A DNA stretch of 57,236 bases from an uncultured Nitrososphaerota archaeon (lineage in GTDB: Archaea; Asgardarchaeota; Njordarchaeia; Njordarchaeales; Panguiarchaeaceae): assembly GCA_964636085.1 (NCBI GenBank), contig CAZWPQ010000005.1:32730-89965 (forward strand). The letters run 5' to 3'. Below, in pieces: positions 28,853-37,898 of this stretch (the first letter of the stretch is position 1; every line of letters starts with the position of its first letter). A program made the position numbers and the translations under genes. The notes under the pieces were generated by a model that searched no databases, was not told where the DNA came from, and saw only the letters and a program-made list of their open reading frames with translations.

Positions 28853-30768
28853 TATTTATCTATCCCCTTGTAATGTATCCTTCCTTTAAACTCGGCGATT
28901 CTACCTATGTGCCAAGAGCTAACAGGTCTATAATATCCCACAATACGGCTCCATATCTCAGTTTCAGCACCACAGTTTGGACAGTTCCACAACACGCCAA
29001 TACTACTCCATCCACATTTCTTACATATTGTTATCGCAGGAGTTATGCTAAAGTAAACTATTTTCGTATTCTCCACGAAGCTTCTTATAAGCTTCTTTAG
29101 AGCCTTTGGATCCATGGCCTCGCCCATAAACAAATGAGCCATTACCCCGCCCGTAAATTCCTGCTGAACCATGCCCTCATACCTCACCCTGTCTATTAGA
29201 GATACTGGTGCATAGTATGGTATCACACTATTGCTATATATTGGTTCTCCATCAAAGACCGGGATAAACACCTCTCCTCTTTCAACCTCATCTTTGAATT
29301 TTATATAGTCCTGTAGAGCAAGTCTATATGCAGCACTCTCACCTGGGACTTCCTCCACATTGTACAATACTCCATCTATACTTTCCCATTCCTCTGTAAT
29401 TTTACGTATTTCGCTCACTATTTTACTCATCAAATTCACTGCTTCAAGTATTCTCGATGATACCCATAGATCTGGTTCGCCGATGATATTTACTGCTGCC
29501 TCTGGTAACCCAATAATACCAATTGTGCTGAAGTGATTCGCAAAGCTTGATAGATACACGCTAGATATGGGCATTAACCCGCCTGTCAATGATTTTTCAT
29601 ATCTGGACCGCCATATGGATAATATTTTTCGGGCCACAATCATTCTGTCAAGAAGCATATCATAGAATAAGCCATCATCTCTCTTCGACAAAATCGCCAT
29701 GCGGGGCAGGTTTAGTGTCACAACCCCGATGCTACCCGTTGCGTCTGGTGCAGCCCATACTCCCCGAGGGCCCTTGGTTTTTTTGAGTGTCTCAAACACA
29801 TCCTCCGACTCTTCCTTTGCTATTTTGAACATTGAATTCTTTATTTTGTTTGTGTTTATTGTTAATCTGCAGCACATGGCATATATTCCTTCTATATCTG
29901 TGGCGTAGCCATTTAGGACATATAGGGATCCCCTGTACGCCAATACTTCAAATATTAGATCACTGAGATCGCCCCATCTTTTGCCATCCCAATCGAATTT
30001 GGGTGTAAGCATAAGTGTTATTATTGGAAATGTGAATGGCCTACCCATAGCATCGCCTTCTAAATATAGTTTTAGTAATTCCTTGTCTACCATTAATGCC
30101 TCATCAAGGTAGTCCCTTGCAATACCAACCGTCTTTCCAGATACGAAAACATTACTATTTAGATAATCATCTATTAGATCCATAACAATTGTTATGTTTG
30201 TGAATGGGCTCTGAAAGCCTATTCTCGAGGGGTAATTAAGCTCGAAAACTAGTCTCTGTAGAGCTTGCTTTATTTCCCTGGGATTCAAACTATCCTTACG
30301 GACAAATGGCGCTAGCATTATATCAAAACCGCTCGTCGCTTGGGCACCACTCCACTCATTCGCCACCAAGAAAAAGAAGTTTACGAGATGAGAGACAGCA
30401 GTATCAAGGTGCTTGGCGGGATTTGAATATATTGTCGGGGTAATTAGGCCCTTCTTTAGGAGGTTAGGCAATGACCAGCCAGCGCAGTATGGTATATATA
30501 GGGACAATGGGAGCTTATGCATGTGTACATCCCCCGATCTATGAAGCATTATTGCGTCTTCTGGCAGATACTTGGATAGTACAATTGGATCCTTTAGGGC
30601 CTTGCCTAGGATATAGCCAACAAAAGCACCAAAGGAAATATTCGTGTTTGCATTTTCTCTGCTTTCCCAGTCTATCCTCTTAAGATATATCTCCTCCCAC
30701 TTATCTATTTCGTTCAACAACCTGTCGTAGGGACAGTCATACTTCTCCATACGGAGTTTCGCCCTCAT
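28852..30768 (-). CDS. nrdD: Anaerobic (class III) ribonucleoside-triphosphate reductase
   Basis: Active-site YAMCCRLTIN, C-terminal Zn ribbon CKKCGW...CPNCG, and the glycyl-radical motif SRIVGYYRPV. Confidence 0.9.
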   Translation of the reverse strand: MRAKLRMEKYDCPYDRLLNEIDKWEEIYLKRIDWESRENANTNISFGAFVGYILGKALKDPIVLSKYLPEDAIMLHRSGDVHMHKLPLSLYIPYCAGWSLPNLLKKGLITPTIYSNPAKHLDTAVSHLVNFFFLVANEWSGAQATSGFDIMLAPFVRKDSLNPREIKQALQRLVFELNYPSRIGFQSPFTNITIVMDLIDDYLNSNVFVSGKTVGIARDYLDEALMVDKELLKLYLEGDAMGRPFTFPIITLMLTPKFDWDGKRWGDLSDLIFEVLAYRGSLYVLNGYATDIEGIYAMCCRLTINTNKIKNSMFKIAKEESEDVFETLKKTKGPRGVWAAPDATGSIGVVTLNLPRMAILSKRDDGLFYDMLLDRMIVARKILSIWRSRYEKSLTGGLMPISSVYLSSFANHFSTIGIIGLPEAAVNIIGEPDLWVSSRILEAVNLMSKIVSEIRKITEEWESIDGVLYNVEEVPGESAAYRLALQDYIKFKDEVERGEVFIPVFDGEPIYSNSVIPYYAPVSLIDRVRYEGMVQQEFTGGVMAHLFMGEAMDPKALKKLIRSFVENTKIVYFSITPAITICKKCGWSSIGVLWNCPNCGAETEIWSRIVGYYRPVSSWHIGRIAEFKGRIHYKGIDK

Positions 30769-31306
30769 CTAGGTCATCTCTCTAATTCTTTAAGTAACTT
30801 TAGAGTACTAATAAAGTGTTTCAATAGAGCAAAATTTTGGCAAAATAACATAACTTTAAGTATGAATTTTATTGGATGAAAATACGCACAATGTAGTACT
30901 CGTGATTGACGGAATAATTTACGTATGAGGATCCCATAGAACAAGATTAGGTCTTCTAGAAATATAAACCAATAGAATTAGCAAATAAATACCTAAAACA
31001 TTCAACAGATGAAAACACAAAATGCATACACTTTGGCCACAAGTCGTATCTTTTTTCAGTAAAGAATCCCACCTACAGCAGGGGGCTCAGCTTGTTGAAG
31101 CAAAATGGTAATAAGAGCTCTTCAATGGATTTTATCTAATGAGGTTTACACATGGCCATACTATGAAAATAGATATAATAACACCAACGACTTAGCTATT
31201 ATCGAATAGTTCTTATCTTACTGCAGTATTATAAGTCTATGTAGAGACACAATAGCTCAAATAATGAAAAACATTCATGGAAACACCACACCGTATACCA
31301 CTAGGG

Positions 31307-31675
31307 CTAGTACATTGCCATATACTGGGCTTTTCTCAACTTTTTATTTATTGGATCAGCCTCCAGTCCTAACGCTTCTAGTGCGTGAGAACCTAGGAGA
31401 ATCAGGTTCGGATCCTCACCAAAGACAACAGAGGATATCCCCTCAATAATTTCACCATTGATACTTATCCTGAATAATGCATCACCTACCTCCACTACTT
31501 TCATGCAACAGACTCCCCTTACGGTTATCCTTCTTGATTTTTTTATCCCTAGTTTTTCCAGAATCTTCTTGGGAATTATAGAGTATGTTGCTCCAGTATC
31601 GACATATCCTTCGAGTTCAACCTGATTTTTTCCCTCTATATCCGCGACCCAAAACCTTACTTTAAAAGTTCCCAA
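31307..31675 (-). CDS. Retropepsin-like (clan AA) single-domain aspartic protease
   Basis: YVDTGATYSIIP contains the D-T-G-A catalytic motif, with ..LLGSHALEAL.. downstream. 122 aa, TTG start. Confidence 0.7.
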   Translation of the reverse strand: MGTFKVRFWVADIEGKNQVELEGYVDTGATYSIIPKKILEKLGIKKSRRITVRGVCCMKVVEVGDALFRISINGEIIEGISSVVFGEDPNLILLGSHALEALGLEADPINKKLRKAQYMAMY

Positions 31676-31810
31676 TCGTAGTCACCATTAAGACTAGAAT
31701 TCACGTTGCTACTTAAATATGGAATTATATACAGAAGAATATGATCGAGAAATCTAGTACTCCATAAAAATCATAAAACGCAAAAAGTAATTGGTGTTGA
31801 AATGAATTTA

Positions 31811-32581
31811 CTACCATAGGCGACCTGCAATATACTTGGCTGTTAGGTCTTTCTTTGGTTTTTCAAAGATTTCTGATGCAGGCCCATACTCTATCAGTTG
31901 CCCCATAAATAGAAACGCAACATAATCCGCTACTCTCCTCGCTTGTGCTATATTATGCGTAACCATTACTATCGTAACATCTTTCTTCAGGTCTACTATT
32001 ACTTTCTCAAGTTTTGCTGTTGATATAGGATCGAGAAACGCTGCTGGCTCGTCTAGGAGTAGGACTTCTGGCGTGACGGCTAGTGCACGTGCTATACATA
32101 ATCGCTGTTGTTGGCCACCACTGAGCTCGTATGCGTTTTCGAATAGTCTGTCCTTGACTTCATCCCATAGTCCTGCCTTTATTAATGCTTTTCTCACAGT
32201 GTTCATTAGGACTTTTTTGTTTTTTATTCCATGGATTCTTGGGCCGAACGCCACGTTGTCGAAGATACTCATGGGGAAGGGCGCAGGTTTTTGGAGGACC
32301 ATAACTATCTTTCTTCTTAGTTCGTATATGTCGATTTGTTCATCATAAATGTTTATTCCGTCGATAAGAACCCTACCTGTCATTTTGAAACCATCAATAT
32401 AATCATTCAACCTATTTATGCTCCTAAGTAGTGTAGACTTGCCGCAGCCAGATGGGCCTATTATGACCGTAATCTTGTTCTTTTTTATTGGAAAAGAAAC
32501 GTTATATAGTACCTGCTTGTCCCAGTACCATGCACTGAGATTGTCTACTATTATTTTGTCCTCATTTTGGCCCATAACCAT
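31811..32581 (-). CDS. pstB: Phosphate ABC transporter ATP-binding protein PstB
   Basis: Walker A GPSGCGKST, PstB-typical QKPAPFPMSIFDNVAFG, signature LSGGQQQRLCIARA, Walker B LLLDEP, and C-terminal TAKYIAGRLW. Confidence 0.9.
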   Translation of the reverse strand: MVMGQNEDKIIVDNLSAWYWDKQVLYNVSFPIKKNKITVIIGPSGCGKSTLLRSINRLNDYIDGFKMTGRVLIDGINIYDEQIDIYELRRKIVMVLQKPAPFPMSIFDNVAFGPRIHGIKNKKVLMNTVRKALIKAGLWDEVKDRLFENAYELSGGQQQRLCIARALAVTPEVLLLDEPAAFLDPISTAKLEKVIVDLKKDVTIVMVTHNIAQARRVADYVAFLFMGQLIEYGPASEIFEKPKKDLTAKYIAGRLW

Positions 32582-32759
32582 ACTCTCTTATAACACAACC
32601 CTCCTAGACCTAATTAGGAAATAACAATTTTATTCATGGCGTATATGTGAGATATGTCGACAATCGAGATAGACACACTACAATAGACCACATTGGTAGA
32701 ACATACATAGAGTTGTACCTCTTAGGATAAAAATTCTAAAAACAAAGATAATTGGGGAT

Positions 32760-32767
32760 AAAAAAAA
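32760..32767 (-). terminator. T8 tract (minus strand) after the bPH-domain gene
   Basis: Plus-strand A8 at 32760-32767, about 20 nt beyond the stop codon at 32787-32789. Confidence 0.4.
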
Positions 32768-32786
32768 GCAATTGGAGAAAAAGAAG

Positions 32787-33650
32787 CTACTCCCCTTTCT
32801 TTTTTTCCTCCACTAGTTCCTCCAGTAGCTCCACCTGCCTCTGTAGATACTGAGCTGATTCCCTCTTCTGAACTTGCTCAAAGATCATATCCCTTATCCT
32901 TTCAGGATCTGGAACACCATAAAGCACAAACCATGAGCGGCCTCGGGGCACCACAACACCTCTCCCCCCACCAACACTGACCCCAGCACCTACTCCAGCC
33001 CCCTCTTTACCAACACCAACTCCTGCACCAACTGCTATTTGTGCCGTATCTGCCCCCGTACCTAAGCCACTTGGTGTAGTCGGTATTATTGTCCCAAAAT
33101 TGAGTAGTTTGCCTAGGAAGCCTTGGTTTAGTACTACATCTACAATGTTTGAGTAGAGTAGTTCTCTCTCTTTTGTTCCGAAGATCCCCATATAAACTCC
33201 CATTACTAGCCTTTTGTTTGTTATGATGAATTTATGGGCACGCCTATCGAACTCTGTTAAGATGAACCCCAGGATACCCACACTAAGCGAGATAATCCAG
33301 ATATGTTTGGGGTCGATAATCACTCCTTTTATTAGCCCTACTGTTCCAGCGACCGCTATTAGTGCAAACATTATGAGCCATTTCGCTGTTATCTCTATAA
33401 GGAAGAATATTACTGAGGGTGCTATCATTACTATCCACCATATGGCTACAATCAGTATGGTCGCGATGAAATCGCTACCTGTTTCGGACTGTATTGTGTT
33501 GTAGATACTTTCATACCACCAACTATAGAAGCATATACTGACTACTATGTAGTATAGGAAGAAAAGGTAATGTGGCCAAAAGCTTATTGGATGAGGCGAT
33601 ACTACTTCAAGAATTTTTTCGTCCTTCATTAATTTTATCAAGGAGAGCAC
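32787..33650 (-). CDS. Membrane protein with a bacterial-PH (bPH_2/YdbS-YdbT-like) domain and a Gly/Val/Ala-rich low-complexity segment
   Basis: Several TM helices, then ..HKFIITNKRLVMGVYMGIFGTKERELLYSNIVDVVLNQGFLGKLLNFGTI.. (bPH_2-like), then GAGVGVGKEGAGVGAGVSVGGGRG. The track start is GTG, and ATG at 33629 is an alternative. Confidence 0.65.
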   Translation of the reverse strand: MLSLIKLMKDEKILEVVSPHPISFWPHYLFFLYYIVVSICFYSWWYESIYNTIQSETGSDFIATILIVAIWWIVMIAPSVIFFLIEITAKWLIMFALIAVAGTVGLIKGVIIDPKHIWIISLSVGILGFILTEFDRRAHKFIITNKRLVMGVYMGIFGTKERELLYSNIVDVVLNQGFLGKLLNFGTIIPTTPSGLGTGADTAQIAVGAGVGVGKEGAGVGAGVSVGGGRGVVVPRGRSWFVLYGVPDPERIRDMIFEQVQKRESAQYLQRQVELLEELVEEKKKGE

Positions 33651-33818
33651 CTTAGTTTTACTAATTTATTATTTCTTTAATCTTACTTTTTAAAGATAAC
33701 CGTAAGAAGAGGTCTCTGGAATAAATCCCCTCTCGTTTAGAGTAATACATCCAGAAGCTTTTCTGACTAGAAAAATTGAAGGATTGTCTTGTTTATGTCT
33801 CCAAAAAAATAGTGCATG

Positions 33819-35018
33819 CTATCTAGCCCTGAAGGCCTCCATTGGTGGTATTTTCAGTACACGTTTGCTTATAATGACTAGACCTATCAGTATTGATATT
33901 ATTACTATAAACAATGGAGCTAAAAAGCTGAGTTTTGTTATGGGCATTCTATAGGATATTAGGGTGGTTCCCTCTATGATCACGCCGATTATAAAGCCTA
34001 GTATCATGGATAGACTAAATTCTCCTATTGCTAACATCCTTATGTGTTTGGAACTCCACCCAATGGCTCTCAGTGTTGCTATGTCGAATCTCCTGAAAAC
34101 AACCATGAAGTATGCATATATCGCCCCAATCAACATTATGAGCAAAAGGGATACCCCTGCTATTAGCACCGAGGATTTATAATCTCGACCCGACTTCGTT
34201 GGTCTCTTAATATCAAATTCGCTACTATCAACATTCTTTATCACATTTTCCACATATTCTTTATTCTTCTCTATATCATCTATACTAAATGGATTCAATG
34301 CACTACCACCAGCCACTGTTATTACCACCCGTGCAACATAAGTGTTGTCTGCCTTGATAACATCATCCCTTAGTTTTTCTATGGCTTTCGAAGTCGTAAA
34401 TATCGCCGCCGAGCCTATCTGGCTCGGCACCGTGAAGTCTTCAAATGACATTGAGGACCTGCCTACAATATCTATAGATATTTCAGCACTCTTAGTAACA
34501 AAGTAAAATTTGCCAGAATCCATAGAGATTTCAATGCTTTGATCATCACTGCTAAAAACAACATTAAAATCCTTACCAACAACGCCCTCACGAGCATTAA
34601 AGTCTAGAGTTCTTCCCCGTGCAATTTTAGTTGGCTTGATCTCAGTTACTATCCAAGGCATTTCACTCTCATATACTTTTCCTTCATATGGGGTATCCAT
34701 CCATAGCAAGCCTAGATGCGTCCCCTGTCCCAGTTCTATATCCGCTACATATATGACATAGATCCCCCTTACATATGGAGATAAAGAGTCAAACAACTGG
34801 CCTAGGCTTGTACTCATTAATTCATCACGAAGGATCTGAATTTTTGGCTTGAATACATAGGCACGCAAATCTATTATATCATCTGTATCATAATTGTATA
34901 TCTGGTTAACATTAAAAACAGACAACATTGTAAGTGAAACAAATATAGCGATAAGCACATAGGTTCTTTTCGTTCTCGTCGCCATTAACACGCCTCTTTT
35001 CAAAGCTCGGAAACTCAT
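33819..35018 (-). CDS. FtsX/MacB-type ABC transporter permease: N-terminal TM, large extracytoplasmic domain, three C-terminal TMs
   Basis: MSFRALKRGVLMATRTKRTYVLIAIFVSL start, and the C-terminal FtsX-like block ..DIATLRAIGWSSKHIRMLAIGEF...ISKRVLKIPPMEAFRAR. Start placed at ATG 35018 (the track start at 35033 is TTG). Confidence 0.75.
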   Translation of the reverse strand: MSFRALKRGVLMATRTKRTYVLIAIFVSLTMLSVFNVNQIYNYDTDDIIDLRAYVFKPKIQILRDELMSTSLGQLFDSLSPYVRGIYVIYVADIELGQGTHLGLLWMDTPYEGKVYESEMPWIVTEIKPTKIARGRTLDFNAREGVVGKDFNVVFSSDDQSIEISMDSGKFYFVTKSAEISIDIVGRSSMSFEDFTVPSQIGSAAIFTTSKAIEKLRDDVIKADNTYVARVVITVAGGSALNPFSIDDIEKNKEYVENVIKNVDSSEFDIKRPTKSGRDYKSSVLIAGVSLLLIMLIGAIYAYFMVVFRRFDIATLRAIGWSSKHIRMLAIGEFSLSMILGFIIGVIIEGTTLISYRMPITKLSFLAPLFIVIISILIGLVIISKRVLKIPPMEAFRAR

Positions 35019-35320
35019 GGAACAACACCCCAATATAGAACCAAATTTTTAATTTTATACAAAAACTCGATTCAAATAAAAAAATTCGTACTCAACCTCA
35101 ACATTAGCTAGGGAACTAATAAACACTAACAAGACAGAAGAACCTAAACAAGGCTATACCTATGAATAGACCACATGATTCCGCTCCATATAGGGGATTA
35201 TTCGCCACCAAACATGAATTTCTAGATTTTCTACTCAAGTGTTCTTCTGACGTATCCCAGAAATTCTTTAATGTCAAGTTTCTCTAGGGGGACAGGATCC
35301 TTCCCCTGACACCAAAAAAC

Positions 35321-35827
35321 TCAATCGCTCTCCTTTGTTCCATTAATATTCACGCCCCTACTTTTTATGTATTCTTTGAGCACTTCTATTAGTCTCTCCA
35401 CCCTCTTTCTATAGTACGCAAAGTTTTCCTTCCTTATGAAGTTGTGATAGAAGTTGGCATGAAGTCTCTCTGCGACCCCATACATATCTATTATCTCACC
35501 TCCAATCTCAACAGCAACGAGTTCTATTATATCCCAATAACCACTATGCTTGTAATGAGGCATGTTTCTTAACTCACCAATAATGTTGAGTAAGCTTGCT
35601 ATAGCCCCCCAGTACTTCTCAGAGGCCTGCACGGTATCTCCTTTATCCACATAATCCCGAGCCTCACTCAAAAATTTTTTGAAGAGACTAACATAAACCT
35701 TAATTTTATCTCTCGGATCCATATCCCGTGTAAGTTTATCCGCAAGTAGCGCTTCTGGGGGGACACCAACTCTCCTAGCCTCCTCTATTATCACCGTGGC
35801 TAGGGGGTCGGGCACAACTAGGGACAT
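35321..35827 (-). CDS. PaREP1-family protein
   Basis: ..YVSLFKKFLSEARDYVDKGDTVQASEKYWGAIASLLN...AERLHANFYHNF.. matches the PaREP1 family as I recall it from Thermoproteales/Sulfolobales genomes. ATG at 35827 (the track start at 35839 is TTG). Confidence 0.7.
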   Translation of the reverse strand: MSLVVPDPLATVIIEEARRVGVPPEALLADKLTRDMDPRDKIKVYVSLFKKFLSEARDYVDKGDTVQASEKYWGAIASLLNIIGELRNMPHYKHSGYWDIIELVAVEIGGEIIDMYGVAERLHANFYHNFIRKENFAYYRKRVERLIEVLKEYIKSRGVNINGTKESD

Positions 35828-36066
35828 CAATATCCCCAATGATAAACTTATTTATATAGAACAAATAGATGCCTTAAAAAAAGAGACAAAATAGAGTAAA
35901 AATACCGATAAAAGTCTAACCAATAGCAATAAAAATTTCTACGTAAGAATACCACAAAAATCACAATATCGGGCTGAACATTTAGGCTTTCATCCCACTT
36001 AACACTGGGCGAGATCAAAAACGAGATAAGATGCTCCAACACCAAGAAGGAATCCCGTGGGGAACA

Positions 36067-36879
36067 TCATGTCCTAAATTTTTCTCTTACAACCCCAATT
36101 AGCTTTTTCACTTTCTCTAGGTCTACAGGCGCTCCTACTTCACTTTTCTTTTTAAAGAACGTCCCCACGATTGCCCCATCGGCATATTCTAGTAATTCTA
36201 TGTTATCGACTCTTAGCCCACTACCAATTAATATGGGGCCTATGTTTAGTTGCTTCAGACATTGGAGAACTTCGATATTAGGGGGTGTACCAGTCCTTCT
36301 ACCAGTCACCACTATTGCTGAGGCTAAGCCGCGGGTAAATGCATCATATGCTATGTCCTCAATGTTTGCTCTATATAGCGACGATGCATGTTTAACCGCT
36401 ATATCTGCAAGTATTCCTAATTCAGAGTTTAGCCATCTCATATATCTAAGGAGTCTTGGTGCTATGGGCTGTATTATTCCAGAGTCTGTAGCTATGGGTT
36501 CTATATATGCATTTACTCTGATGAATTTCCCCCCGACTATATGTGCTATTGCTGCGGCTTCTATGGCCGCGTTTCTCAAGACATTTATCCCAACTGGAAT
36601 AGATATGTTTTTGATGACCTCTTTAGCTATTAATGTTAGTGCTGATATTGTCTCTGGGGCTATCTTATCTGGTAGGAATGGCTTGTCTCCCATATTTTCC
36701 ACTATTATTCCATCGACTCCCCCTGCTTCGAGTGTTTTTGCATCCCTAATAGCTCTCTCCATGACGAGATCTAGATCTCCTGAGTATAGTGGTGATCCAG
36801 GTAGTGGTTGGAGGTGGACTACTCCTATAATTATTTTTCCTTTTGCATAGAATATCTCGTCTAGTGGTAGTATTCTCAT
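36067..36879 (-). CDS. BtpA/SgcQ-family TIM-barrel protein
   Basis: IIGVVHLQPLPGSPLY.., ..GVDGIIVENMGD.., ..NVLRN.., ..GSGL... 270 aa, 12 nt downstream of the carbamate kinase stop. Confidence 0.8.
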   Translation of the reverse strand: MRILPLDEIFYAKGKIIIGVVHLQPLPGSPLYSGDLDLVMERAIRDAKTLEAGGVDGIIVENMGDKPFLPDKIAPETISALTLIAKEVIKNISIPVGINVLRNAAIEAAAIAHIVGGKFIRVNAYIEPIATDSGIIQPIAPRLLRYMRWLNSELGILADIAVKHASSLYRANIEDIAYDAFTRGLASAIVVTGRRTGTPPNIEVLQCLKQLNIGPILIGSGLRVDNIELLEYADGAIVGTFFKKKSEVGAPVDLEKVKKLIGVVREKFRT

Positions 36880-36891
36880 TGTCTATGTTCC

Positions 36892-37830
36892 CTATTCTCT
36901 CGTTATCCATGTACCCGATTTGCCTTCTAGTACATCCCTTGCCTTTTCGAGGTGGCCTATTGCCGCAATCTTTCCTCCCGATCTCAGAAATTTTATTGCC
37001 CCTAGTACTTTGGGTCCCATGCTACCAGGGGGGAAGTGGCCTTCATTATAGTATTTCTCTGCCTCTTGAAGCGAGATCTTTTTCAGGGGTTTTGCATCTG
37101 GTTTGCCAAAGTTTAGATATACATATTCTACATCCGTCAATATCAACAACATATCTGCCTGTACAATCTTAGCTACTAGAGATGATGCTAGGTCTTTGTC
37201 TATTACTGCCTCCACACCCTTATATATCCCATTTTCCCTTATTACGGGTATGCCTCCCCCACCAACAGTTATACATACTACCCCTTGTTCGAGTAGTTTT
37301 ACTATTACCTCCTTCTCCACGATATCTATGGGTTCAGGGGATGGAACAACTCTTCTCCAGCCCCCCCTCGGATCCCTTTTTATTACCCACCCCTTTTCCT
37401 TTAATCTCTTTACTTCATTCTCATCATAGTAGTAGGGGCCAATGAATTTTGTTGGGTTGTTAAAGGCTGGATCATCCTTATTCACAACTACTTGTGTTAC
37501 CAATGATACCACTGTTCTTGCTATCCCTCTTGATCGGAGCTCATTTATTAATGATTGTTGTAACATATAGCCTATCTGTGCTTGAGTCTCCGCATTGATT
37601 ACGTCGAGAGGCATTGGAGGCACAACATCTTTTGCTATCTCGTTCTGAAGTGCTATGTTGCCAGCCTGAGGACCATTTCCATGTGTTATTATAAGTTCGT
37701 AGCCCTTTTCTATGATATCTGCTAAAAATTTTGCTGTCCTTCGGGCATTTCCAAACTGCTCATTATATGTACCCTTCTCACCCTTCTGAAGCAAAGCATT
37801 ACCTCCCAATGCAACAACAATCCTCAACAA
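36892..37830 (-). CDS. arcC: Carbamate kinase
   Basis: RIVVALGGNALL, ITHGNGPQAG, ..GGGGIPV.., ..ILTDVE... 312 aa, TTG start with no in-frame ATG nearby. Confidence 0.9.
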   Translation of the reverse strand: MLRIVVALGGNALLQKGEKGTYNEQFGNARRTAKFLADIIEKGYELIITHGNGPQAGNIALQNEIAKDVVPPMPLDVINAETQAQIGYMLQQSLINELRSRGIARTVVSLVTQVVVNKDDPAFNNPTKFIGPYYYDENEVKRLKEKGWVIKRDPRGGWRRVVPSPEPIDIVEKEVIVKLLEQGVVCITVGGGGIPVIRENGIYKGVEAVIDKDLASSLVAKIVQADMLLILTDVEYVYLNFGKPDAKPLKKISLQEAEKYYNEGHFPPGSMGPKVLGAIKFLRSGGKIAAIGHLEKARDVLEGKSGTWITRE

Positions 37831-37898
37831 TCATCACCTATGGAGACATATTAGTTAGTCTTTATCCTTATTATATAGCTAAAACAAATATCGTATAG

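Noticed and set aside
35287-35307. GC-rich near-palindrome GGGGGACAGGATCCTTCCCCT just downstream of the PaREP1 stop, a possible terminator hairpin
   Set aside because: Pairing is imperfect, with a 4-bp AGGA/TCCT core, two mismatches and then GGG/CCC. It leaves no loop and is not followed by a T-tract on the coding strand.
35848-36045. 65-aa minus-strand ORF in the BtpA/PaREP1 spacer, plus a possible C/D-box sRNA (GGGAUGA at about 35995 on the minus strand)
   Set aside because: The ORF product is Phe/Leu/Tyr-rich junk from AT-rich spacer. The C-box-like GGGAUGA is not accompanied by a CUGA D box or C'/D' boxes at suitable spacing. AAUGAUGC at about 55830 fails the same way.
36200-36850. 216-aa plus-strand ORF, the longest non-annotated ORF in the window
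   Set aside because: It is entirely antisense to the BtpA-family gene, which has clear family motifs. Its translation is Ser/Pro/Ile/Ala-rich with no recognisable motif. The other long antisense ORFs are the same kind of thing (26048..26578 in tldD, 52680..53132 in thiF-like, 7179..7625 in the 2966-aa gene, 25125..25445 and 24513..24926 in pmbA).
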